A stretch of DNA of 16,468 bases, taken from positions 1 through 16,468 of the forward strand of contig CBDDUX010000006.1 of NCBI GenBank assembly GCA_965234725.1, read 5' to 3'. This stretch comes from Thermoplasmatota archaeon (GTDB lineage Archaea; Thermoplasmatota; Penumbrarchaeia; Penumbrarchaeales; Penumbrarchaeaceae). Numbering within the stretch: the stretch's first letter is position 1; every line of letters begins with the position of its first letter. Below, one piece after another: positions 1-7,576 of the stretch. Under the pieces are notes generated by a model. It saw nothing but the letters and a program-made list of their open reading frames with translations, made no database searches and had not been told where the DNA came from. Position numbers and translations under genes: made by a program.

Positions 1-16
1 TTATGAGCCAAAAACA

Positions 17-1285
17 TCAAAATGAAAAGGTAAACGATGTTGTGAGCCTTTCCACATAACAGTTTGACACTTTTCTTAAAACAGTTGATCCAATAAGTCC
101 GCCGACTGATACATTTCCTCTGACTTCTCCGTTTGAATAACTATATGAAACGGTTCCATCGTTCCTTCCTATGAGTCCGCCAACATTTTCTTCTCCGATG
201 ATGTTCCCGTCAGTATGACAGTTGAATACTGTCCCACCGTTGCCTCCCACAAGTCCACCTACAGACCTGTTTCCACTTACATTTGAGAATGCAAAACAAT
301 CGGACACAACTCCATAATTTTCACTTCCTAATAAACCACCTACACTTCTATTTCCGCTGATGTAACCTATAGAATAACAGTTCGATACTGATGAGGACCA
401 GGCTAATCCGATAAGTCCGCCTGTGTTTTGTCCTTCTCCGCTAACATTAACTCTTGCATGGCAGTAGGAAACTATTCCAAGATGGAGGAATCCTATTAGT
501 CCACCGGTATAATTTCCATTTCCGGTTACGTTTCCGGTTAGATGGCATCCGGTTACCTTTTCAATTCCCCAACCAACAAGTCCTCCAACTTCCTGATCGC
601 CAGTTACGTTGATAGTGGCATTGCAGTTTGAGATCAAACCTTGTTGAAGACGTCCTACCAGTCCCCCAACATTCTCATTTCCGCTGACCTTTCCATTCAT
701 ACGGCAGTTGGAAAGGGTTCCGTAATTACAACCGACAAATCCACCGATCCCGTTCCCTGCTCCGGTAATTTCTCCATTTGCATAACAGGAAGATATTGTT
801 CCACCATTGGATCCAGTAAATCCACCTATCCATCCATTTCCACTAATTTCAATATTCTTAAGTTTCAGATTCTTAACGATCCCTTCCGCATCTATGTATC
901 CGAATAGTCCAATATCACTTTCTGTGGTCCTATTGATAAAAAATCCTGATATGGTATAATTGGAACCGTCCAGAGTACCCTTAAACGGTTCGGAGTAGTT
1001 GCCAATTGGAGTAAAACCCTTTCCAGAATTCCATGATCTCATGACGGAGGCATCTATGTCGTTCTTCAGAATGTAATGTGCATTCAGATCCATGGAGATA
1101 TTCTGAAGATCCCATACATTCTCTATGACGTACGGATCTATCGGGGTTCCGCTGCCTCCTCCGAAAGAAATGTTCACCCCTTCACAATCGGCTGTAAAAA
1201 CCCATGAGAAAACCGATATGATCATAATCAATATCGGACAGAAAGCTCTCAACTGAATGCTTTTCATTTTCCTCTCCTTTTTCAT
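17..1285 (-). CDS. Secreted GLUG-motif repeat (beta-helix-like) surface protein, probably C-terminally truncated
   Basis: 422-aa ORF with a basic N-terminus and hydrophobic signal-like stretch (FCPILIMIISVFSWVFTA). The N-cap GGGSGTPIDPYVI...HYILKNDID...FTPIG...FKGTLDG is followed by ~10 repeats of (V/I)GG(L/F)(V/I)G...(S)NC...G(N)V(S/T)G. The last repeat ends in the non-repeat tail RLTTSFTFSF*. Start could be the second Met (MKSIQ). Confidence 0.8.
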   Translation of the reverse strand: MKKERKMKSIQLRAFCPILIMIISVFSWVFTADCEGVNISFGGGSGTPIDPYVIENVWDLQNISMDLNAHYILKNDIDASVMRSWNSGKGFTPIGNYSEPFKGTLDGSNYTISGFFINRTTESDIGLFGYIDAEGIVKNLKLKNIEISGNGWIGGFTGSNGGTISSCYANGEITGAGNGIGGFVGCNYGTLSNCRMNGKVSGNENVGGLVGRLQQGLISNCNATINVTGDQEVGGLVGWGIEKVTGCHLTGNVTGNGNYTGGLIGFLHLGIVSYCHARVNVSGEGQNTGGLIGLAWSSSVSNCYSIGYISGNRSVGGLLGSENYGVVSDCFAFSNVSGNRSVGGLVGGNGGTVFNCHTDGNIIGEENVGGLIGRNDGTVSYSYSNGEVRGNVSVGGLIGSTVLRKVSNCYVERLTTSFTFSF

Positions 1286-1375
1286 CAGTTATCTAATGGA
1301 ATGCCTCAGTAGGTTTATTTTTTTTTCCAATTTAGACCAGGTCAAATAGACTGATTTAAATAAAGGATGAAGAAG

Positions 1376-1383
1376 ATTATATT
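1376..1383 (+). promoter_or_regulatory. Putative archaeal TATA box for folC (leaderless or near-leaderless transcript)
   Basis: ATTATATT is preceded by purine-rich GAAGAAG (BRE-like) and lies ~24 nt before ATG 1407. No SD-like motif precedes the ATG. Confidence 0.45.
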
Positions 1384-1406
1384 TCATTGATGATCATTTA
1401 ACCGGC

Positions 1407-2918
1407 ATGGACCCCTTTGAAAGATTGGATGCCCTGGGGCAGTTCAGGATGAAGATGGGTCTGGGCAGGATCAAGAGGCTCATGAACGAACTGGGATCTC
1501 CTCAGGTCCAGGTTCCATCCGTCCACATTGCGGGGACCAATGGCAAAGGGTCTACCTGCCATATGGTGGATTCGATCCTCTCATCATTCCCATTGAAAAG
1601 GGCACTATATACCTCCCCTCACCTTATCGATATTTCAGAAAGGATAACCTTCAACGGATCACCTATCGAAAAGGATGTACTCAGGAATGGATTGGAAAGG
1701 ATATTCTTTTCCTCGGACCCTCTGTTCAAAGAGGATGACCTTCCCACATATTTCGAGGTCATTACAGCACTATTCTTCAAGAGTTCCCAAGAGATGGGAT
1801 CTGACATCAATATCGTGGAGGTTGGAATGGGAGGTAGGTTCGATGCTACGAACATACTTCAACCTCTTGCTATCGGTATCACATCGATCTCCCTTGATCA
1901 TCAGGAATATCTGGGTGATGAGGTCCATCAGATAGCAAGGGAGAAAGCTGGCGTTATTAAACCGTCCACTCCTGTGGTAATAGGCCCTTTACATGAGGAA
2001 GGGCCAGATGGTCTCAGGGCTCTGACAAACATTCTGGATATATGTACAGAAAACGGATCTCCTGTTATCATTGTCACCCGGGCAGAGGATGCTAAAGAAC
2101 TGAGGTCTTTGATGAGGGTCAGAGCAATACCGGACGGAAGGATCGTGAAGCTATCGAACATCGATCCTAAGCTGTCAGGTGTGTCCGCATCACTTGAGGT
2201 TGAAAGACTCTACGATGACGGATCATATGAGGACCTTCTCGGAATTCTGGATAAGGTCATCGATGGGAAGTTCGAGACTCCATTGCTCGGTCTGGTACAG
2301 GTCTATAATATGGCAGTTTCCGTCTGCCTTTCATTGCTGTGCCTTCCAATGACACATTCGCACGAGAGGCTTCGCCAGGGACATACGGAAGCGGTTTCGG
2401 ACATGATGGATAGCAGTTCTGATCCCTTCCTCCGGGCATTTCCCCCGGAGGACATTAGGAAAAGGATCAGAGACGGTCTTTCTAAAACCCATCTTCTTGG
2501 AAGGTTGGACATGTTGGTATCCGATGGAGTGAAGATCCTCTATGATGGGGGGCATAATTCCGAAGCAGCATTCCAACTTGGAAGGACCATCTCGAAGATG
2601 TATCCCGGAAAGAGGTTGCCTTTGATAGTTGCAATGATGAAGGGAAAGGAACCACCCTCCTATGCAAAGGGGATGTCTGGAGTGGTATCATCTGTCATAG
2701 TGACCGAGATAGAGGATGATAGGGCCATACCTGCTCAGCAGGTGGCCTGCCAGATGGCTTACCAACTCAGACCCGGAACGGATATCCATATCAGAAAGGA
2801 CCTTGACAAGGCATTCGACCTCTGGATGCAAATGGCAAAGGAAGAGGGGATATGTTTGGCCGGAGGCAGTTTCTATCTATATGCACCATTGAAGGAATGG
2901 ATCAGAAGGCCCATATAG
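1407..2918 (+). CDS. folC: Folylpolyglutamate synthase / dihydrofolate synthase (Mur-ligase fold)
   Basis: Motifs VHIAGTNGKGS (P-loop), YTSPHL..ISERI, TYFE, EVGMGGRFDATN, ITSISLDHQEYLG, IAREKAGVIK, GR, DGGHN and GSFYL. Confidence 0.93.
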   Translation: MDPFERLDALGQFRMKMGLGRIKRLMNELGSPQVQVPSVHIAGTNGKGSTCHMVDSILSSFPLKRALYTSPHLIDISERITFNGSPIEKDVLRNGLERIFFSSDPLFKEDDLPTYFEVITALFFKSSQEMGSDINIVEVGMGGRFDATNILQPLAIGITSISLDHQEYLGDEVHQIAREKAGVIKPSTPVVIGPLHEEGPDGLRALTNILDICTENGSPVIIVTRAEDAKELRSLMRVRAIPDGRIVKLSNIDPKLSGVSASLEVERLYDDGSYEDLLGILDKVIDGKFETPLLGLVQVYNMAVSVCLSLLCLPMTHSHERLRQGHTEAVSDMMDSSSDPFLRAFPPEDIRKRIRDGLSKTHLLGRLDMLVSDGVKILYDGGHNSEAAFQLGRTISKMYPGKRLPLIVAMMKGKEPPSYAKGMSGVVSSVIVTEIEDDRAIPAQQVACQMAYQLRPGTDIHIRKDLDKAFDLWMQMAKEEGICLAGGSFYLYAPLKEWIRRPI

Positions 2919-4056
2919 CCCACTCTCTTCCTCCTTTGATCAGCCTTAGAGCTCCTTTGAAGGATTTCAATAGTTTTTTTCTCTTCAAGGCTTCCCTTAG
3001 TATCTCTGAACTCCTTATGGTCCAGATATCCCTTCCATTCGTTATCGATGTCAGATCATCTAGGAGATCATCCCCCAGGGAAGATAACAGGTCCCTGCGT
3101 TCCATGTTCAAAGGATCGAACGCTGGATGTTCCGACATCCTTGTTTCCCAGGACCTCAAGCTCAGTTCATCTCCTGATAGATGGTCGGAAACCGCCTTTC
3201 CACCCTCTTTTCCGGAGAGAACCGCTCCAATTATACCCCCTTTGGAGATCGGATTGGTGAATCCTCCACAATCACCTACGAGGATCGCATTCTCGATATT
3301 GTTGATGGAATACATTCCATCGATGGGTATCAGACCTCCATGATATTTTTGAATGGAGGATGGATCGATATCAGTTAGACCCATCAACCAATTGAGGTCC
3401 TTGACGGGATCATTTGGTGTCACCACTCCTATGTTAACCTCCTCCCCTCTCGGAAAGTACCAGCCATATCCGCCCAATAGATCTCCTTTAACATAGAATA
3501 GAAGCTCCTCTCCATCATCCTTGAGGGGTACCTTTGCTCCAAGTGATGCCATGGTCGAAGGATTGTACCCGGGTATGATCTGTCTGATGAGTGGAGTGTT
3601 CATTCCACAGGCAAATACGAGGAAATCCGATCCGTAATTGCCTCTCAGGGTCCCAACTTTCCATCCATCTTCTCCATTGTTCACCCGGGAAACAGGGCAT
3701 TTTTCGATGCCTATCGCACCCTCACCCACTGCCCTTTCATATAGTGTCCTGTCGAAGATATCCCTCTTGATGTTGTATCCGTCGGTTGAGGAGAACAGGT
3801 CCTGACCCGAAGGGGAGACGATCCTGTATCCATCAATCCTGTTCACTATCCAGGCCCCTTCATCTTCCAATCCTGCAACATTCAAAGTATTCTTTGAAAG
3901 TGCCTCTCCGCAGTTGACAGGAGTGCCGATCTCGTTCCTGGAATCGAATATTGCCACTGAATGTCCTCTTCGGCTCAGTTCAATGGCGGCACAGGACCCG
4001 GATGGTCCACCTCCGACAACGATAACATCGAACCTGCTTCTCCCATCAATGGACAT
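2902..4056 (-). CDS. Geranylgeranyl reductase family FAD-dependent oxidoreductase (digeranylgeranylglycerophospholipid reductase-like)
   Basis: FDVIVVGGGPSG dinucleotide-binding motif, IGTPVNCGEAL, RDIFDRTL, GGYGWYFP (YxWxFP) and LVGDCGGFTNPISKGGI. Its 3' end overlaps the folC 3' end by 17 bp (convergent). Confidence 0.88.
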   Translation of the reverse strand: MSIDGRSRFDVIVVGGGPSGSCAAIELSRRGHSVAIFDSRNEIGTPVNCGEALSKNTLNVAGLEDEGAWIVNRIDGYRIVSPSGQDLFSSTDGYNIKRDIFDRTLYERAVGEGAIGIEKCPVSRVNNGEDGWKVGTLRGNYGSDFLVFACGMNTPLIRQIIPGYNPSTMASLGAKVPLKDDGEELLFYVKGDLLGGYGWYFPRGEEVNIGVVTPNDPVKDLNWLMGLTDIDPSSIQKYHGGLIPIDGMYSINNIENAILVGDCGGFTNPISKGGIIGAVLSGKEGGKAVSDHLSGDELSLRSWETRMSEHPAFDPLNMERRDLLSSLGDDLLDDLTSITNGRDIWTIRSSEILREALKRKKLLKSFKGALRLIKGGREWAIWAF

Positions 4057-4463
4057 CTACCTGGTCATATCATTCTATATTGATATCTTTTTAGAGTGAT
4101 ATGGATCAAATTTCAAGGACCTAATTGTTATCAATGAAATGAAAAGTTCAAACTGGGCGAGTATGGTTCGTTTCTCTCAACCGTAAAAAGGGTCTTTGAG
4201 CTCGCTCATTCATCGAAGATATCCTTCAGGTAATTGGAACCCGGAGGCGTATTTGGCCTTGTATACTCCGAACTGATATAGAAGCACTTCATTTGAAGGG
4301 AGTACAGGCTGTTATCTGACATTATCATCCGGCTCATGCCGCACACCAATTGTATAGATGAGTTAGGGTTTTATTTAAGGATTTCTCAAGATGTGATGTC
4401 GTAGCGGTGACCTGTGGTCATTTGGTCATGAGGTGTACCAGATGTCCTATTGTTGAGGAAATG

Positions 4464-4511
4464 TTTTAAGAATGCTTGGCATTACCGACGCGTTTTCCCC
4501 TAAAAGGAGGT
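4464..4511 (+). promoter_or_regulatory. Putative TATA box and ribosome-binding site of the thiolase operon
   Basis: TTTTAAGA at 4464-4471 follows purine-rich GAGGAAA. AGGAGGT at 4505-4511 lies 6 nt before ATG 4518. Confidence 0.55.
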
Positions 4512-4517
4512 AATTTG

Positions 4518-5699
4518 ATGAGACCGGCAGTGATTGTATCAGCAGTTCGAACAGCTCAGGGAAAGTTTGCTGGCGCCCTTAAGGATCACAAGGCGACAGA
4601 ACTTGGAAGCATAGTGATAAAGGCCGCGATCGAGAGAGCTGGTCTGGATCCTTCCGACATCGACGAGGTAATAATGGGAAACGTCGTTTCAGCAGGCCAG
4701 GGGCAGAATGTCGCAAGACAGGCATCATTGGGAGCAGGTGTACCCGATGAGGTTGGAGCTTTCCATGTTGACAAGGTTTGCGGTTCTTCATTGAAGGCCG
4801 TTATCCTTGCAGCTCAGGCCATCAAGTGTGGTGATGCTGACATTATCGTTGCCGGAGGGATGGAGAGTATGTCCAACTGTCCTTATATTCTCGACAAGGC
4901 AAGGTTCGGATACCGATTGTTCGATGGAAAGATAATCGATTCCATGGTGAAGGACGGACTCTGGGACGTTTACAATGATTTCCATATGGGGCATACGGGT
5001 GAGATAGTCGCCGAGAAATGCGGTCTCATCAGAGAGGAGATCGATGAGTTTGCAGTCGGCAGCCATCAAAAGGCTGCCAAGGCCACTGAGAACGGATATT
5101 TCAAGGATGAGGTCATCCCGATCGAGATCCCTCAAAAGAGAAAGGACCCAATAATATTCGACAAGGATGAGGGCATCAGATATGACGCATCGCAGGAAGG
5201 AATGGCAAAATTGAAGCCGTTCTTCAAAGAAGGTGGAGTGGTCACTGCTGGGAATGCCTCCCAGTTGACCGATGGCGCTTCTGCTGTTGTCGTCATGAGC
5301 GAGGAGAAGGCCAAGGAAATGGGACTGGAGATACTTGGGAGGATAGTTGATTACAACACCGTGGGTGTCAAACCTGAACTCGTAATGTATGCTGTTGTTC
5401 CGGGTGTTAAACAACTCCTTGAGAAGACCGGATTGACCATTGATGATATTGATCTGATCGAACACAATGAGGCATTCTCATCAGCATCGGTAGCACTGAT
5501 GAAAGAAATGAAGATCCCCAAGGAGAAAATGAACGTCCATGGCGGTGCGGTGGCAATTGGTCATCCAATTGGTTCAAGCGGAACCAGGATCCTTGTTACC
5601 TTGCTTCATGCCATGAAGAACATGGATAAGAAGAGGGGACTTGCCACTATCTGTCTTGGTGGTGGTAATGCAGTCAGCATGATAATCGAAAGGGAGTGA
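4518..5699 (+). CDS. Acetyl-CoA C-acetyltransferase (thiolase, AtoB/Thl-like)
   Basis: Motifs KVCGSSLKA (nucleophile Cys), [38 protein letters not shown] and CLGGG. Start moved from TTG 4476 to ATG 4518 because of the AGGAGGT RBS. Confidence 0.95.
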   Translation: MRPAVIVSAVRTAQGKFAGALKDHKATELGSIVIKAAIERAGLDPSDIDEVIMGNVVSAGQGQNVARQASLGAGVPDEVGAFHVDKVCGSSLKAVILAAQAIKCGDADIIVAGGMESMSNCPYILDKARFGYRLFDGKIIDSMVKDGLWDVYNDFHMGHTGEIVAEKCGLIREEIDEFAVGSHQKAAKATENGYFKDEVIPIEIPQKRKDPIIFDKDEGIRYDASQEGMAKLKPFFKEGGVVTAGNASQLTDGASAVVVMSEEKAKEMGLEILGRIVDYNTVGVKPELVMYAVVPGVKQLLEKTGLTIDDIDLIEHNEAFSSASVALMKEMKIPKEKMNVHGGAVAIGHPIGSSGTRILVTLLHAMKNMDKKRGLATICLGGGNAVSMIIERE

Positions 5700-5704
5700 A
5701 TTTG

Positions 5705-6562
5705 ATGGAAGTCAAGAGGATCGCTGTGATCGGCGCCGGACAGATGGGGCATGGAATAGCTCTTGTTTCCGCCCAGGCCGGATTCGAGGTTTATCTGAAT
5801 GATATCAATGACGAATTCGTACAGGGTGGAATTGGCAGGATCGATAAGTTCCTGACAAAGAGCGTTGCAAAAGGCAGGATGAATGAGGAAGAAAAGAGTG
5901 CAATAATGAGAAGAATAACTGGGACTTCCAACCTTGAGGATCTGAAGGATGCGGACCTGGTGATAGAGGCCATCATTGAGAATGTGAAGATCAAGAAGGA
6001 ACTGTTCTCGAAATTGGATGCGATCTGCAAGAAGGGATGCATACTTGCATCGAACACCTCCACCATCCCGATAACCGACCTTGCATCTGCAACAAAGAGA
6101 CCGGAGATGTTCATTGGGATGCATTTCATGAATCCTGTACCGATCATGAAACTGGTAGAAGTGATCAGGGGATTGAAGACCGATGATCCGACCACGGATG
6201 CCATCAAGGAACTTTCGGGAAAGATGGGTAAGGTCGCCATAGAGGTCAACGATAGTCCGGGATTCGTCTCAAACAGGGTCCTTCTTCCCATGATAAATGA
6301 GGCTGTTTACTGTCTCTACGAGGGGGTTGGAACTCCACAGGCGATCGATGAAGTAATGAAGCTTGGTATGAACCACCCTATGGGACCTCTGGCCCTGGCG
6401 GACCTCATCGGACTGGATGTTTGCCTGAGCATAATGAACGTCCTTCATGAAGGATTCCAGGATTCCAAATACAGACCCTGCCCATTGCTGAAAAAGATGG
6501 TGCAGGCAGGTCAGCTGGGAAGAAAGACCGGAAAGGGATTCTACGACTACAACCAGGGGTGA
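5705..6562 (+). CDS. hbd: 3-hydroxybutyryl-CoA / 3-hydroxyacyl-CoA dehydrogenase
   Basis: Motifs [51 protein letters not shown] and [21 protein letters not shown] precedes ATG 5705 (alternative start GTG 5696). Confidence 0.93.
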   Translation: MEVKRIAVIGAGQMGHGIALVSAQAGFEVYLNDINDEFVQGGIGRIDKFLTKSVAKGRMNEEEKSAIMRRITGTSNLEDLKDADLVIEAIIENVKIKKELFSKLDAICKKGCILASNTSTIPITDLASATKRPEMFIGMHFMNPVPIMKLVEVIRGLKTDDPTTDAIKELSGKMGKVAIEVNDSPGFVSNRVLLPMINEAVYCLYEGVGTPQAIDEVMKLGMNHPMGPLALADLIGLDVCLSIMNVLHEGFQDSKYRPCPLLKKMVQAGQLGRKTGKGFYDYNQG

Positions 6563-6567
6563 GATGT

Positions 6568-7347
6568 ATGGAATATCAGAATATCATTGTTGAAAAGGAT
6601 GGTCCTGTTGCGATCATCAAGATCAATAGGCCAGAAGCGTTGAATGCTTTGAACGAACAGACACTTCGTGACCTCATGCATGGTGTGACCGATCTTGAGA
6701 CCGATCCAAGCATTAGTGTGGTCATACTGACCGGTGAGGGGAAATCCTTCATCGCAGGAGCTGATATCAAACACATGGTGACCCTCACTCCGCTTCAGGC
6801 AAAGGTATTTGCAGAGTACGGGCACAATCTGCTGAACAAGATAGAAGCATCCAGGCTGCCCTTCATCGCCGCTGTTAACGGCTATGCTCTGGGAGGCGGA
6901 TGCGAGGTCATGATGGCCTGCGATATCGTCATTGCTTCCACCAAGGCAAAGATCGGGCAGCCCGAGATAAATCTTGGGATCAGCCCCGGTTTCGGTGGGA
7001 CCCAGAGACTCACCCGGCATATCGGAAGGATGAGGGCAAAGGAGCTACTTCTGACAGGGGACAATATCTCAGCGGAGGAAGCATTCGAACTGGGCCTCGT
7101 GAACCGTGTCGTGGAGCCGGATGTCCTGATGGATACTGCGATCAGACTTGCAGGAAAGATCGCTTCCAAGTCCAATATTCAGATTTCCTTCATTAAGGCC
7201 CTTGTGAACAAAGGAGCCGATATAGATCTGGCAACGGCCAATTATCTGGAGATATCATATTTCTCCTCTTCTTTCTCGACGTATGATCAGAAGGAAGGGA
7301 TGAACGCTTTCATAGAGAAGAGGAAGCCCGAGTTCAAGAACGAGTGA
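6568..7347 (+). CDS. crt: Enoyl-CoA hydratase (crotonase)
   Basis: Motifs INRPEALNAL, FIAGADI, AVNGYALGGGCE, GQPEINLGISPGFGGTQRL and EGMNAFIEKRKP; both catalytic Glu are present. GGGGTGA RBS precedes ATG 6568 (alternative start GTG 6559). Confidence 0.92.
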   Translation: MEYQNIIVEKDGPVAIIKINRPEALNALNEQTLRDLMHGVTDLETDPSISVVILTGEGKSFIAGADIKHMVTLTPLQAKVFAEYGHNLLNKIEASRLPFIAAVNGYALGGGCEVMMACDIVIASTKAKIGQPEINLGISPGFGGTQRLTRHIGRMRAKELLLTGDNISAEEAFELGLVNRVVEPDVLMDTAIRLAGKIASKSNIQISFIKALVNKGADIDLATANYLEISYFSSSFSTYDQKEGMNAFIEKRKPEFKNE

Positions 7348-7381
7348 TGTCCTCAGCGCCAATTGGTCTTATTACGGCAAT

Positions 7382-7462
7382 AGAGCATATTACTATCACA
7401 GAAAGGCCGGGGATAATGATGTCTGCATCATGTGTGGGGATCCATGCGCGATGAGGATTTAA
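7382..7462 (+). pseudogene. Start-less relic resembling the C-terminus of ThiC/Bza-family radical SAM enzyme
   Basis: Hand translation of 7382-7462 gives RAYYYHRKAGDNDVCIMCGDPCAMRI*, matching the ThiC C-terminal Fe-S motif C-x-M-C-G-x(2,3)-C-(A/S)-M-(K/R). The frame has no ATG/GTG/TTG upstream of the motif back to the TAG at 7313-7315. Confidence 0.6.
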
Positions 7463-7519
7463 AAAATCCAGGTGTAAAGTAATTCCAAACCCCTATCTCA
7501 AGGGGAGCCGCCTTCAACA

Positions 7520-7552
7520 TCAAATATATTTGAAAATTGTCAAGATTAAATA
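7520..7552 (+). promoter_or_regulatory. Palindromic site plus TATA box upstream of the P-type ATPase
   Basis: Perfect 14-bp palindrome TCAAATATATTTGA (7520-7533), then ATTAAATA (7545-7552) ~25 nt before ATG 7577. No SD motif. Confidence 0.5.
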
Positions 7553-7576
7553 CCTGAAAGTTCAATCATAACCGCA

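Noticed and set aside
60..830. Periodic ~78-nt similarity (AGTCCGCC/AGTCCACC units) suggesting a repeat array, CRISPR or DGR variable region
   Set aside because: Explained by the protein-level GGL(I/V)G repeats. There are no identical repeats with unique spacers, no adenine-specific template/variable pair and no reverse transcriptase or cas gene.
4162..4192. TATGGTTCG...CCGTAAAAA resembling preQ1-I or purine riboswitch fragments
   Set aside because: For preQ1-I, the loop lacks the ligand-pairing C at its 3' end and the tail lacks AAAAAACUA. For a purine aptamer, the spacing between TATGG, GTTTCT and CCGTAAA is too short. The neighbouring genes are also unrelated.
4788..5465. 225-aa antisense ORF, plus others such as 5606-6124, 5791-6291, 2852-3343, 13493-14128 and 14939-15457
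   Set aside because: All lie opposite well-supported genes and show no motifs, so they are shadow ORFs.
7347..7454. 35-codon ORF starting at the TGATG overlap with the crt stop (MSSAPIGLITAIEH...)
   Set aside because: No recognisable features; the overlapping frame carrying the ThiC-like motif explains the region better.
7499..7548. AAGGGGAG...TCAACA...CAAGA resembling a yybP-ykoY (Mn2+) riboswitch before a P-type ATPase
   Set aside because: It has GGGGAGCCG rather than GGGGAGUAG, no closing GACC/P1 partner, is too short, and lies upstream of the putative TATA box.
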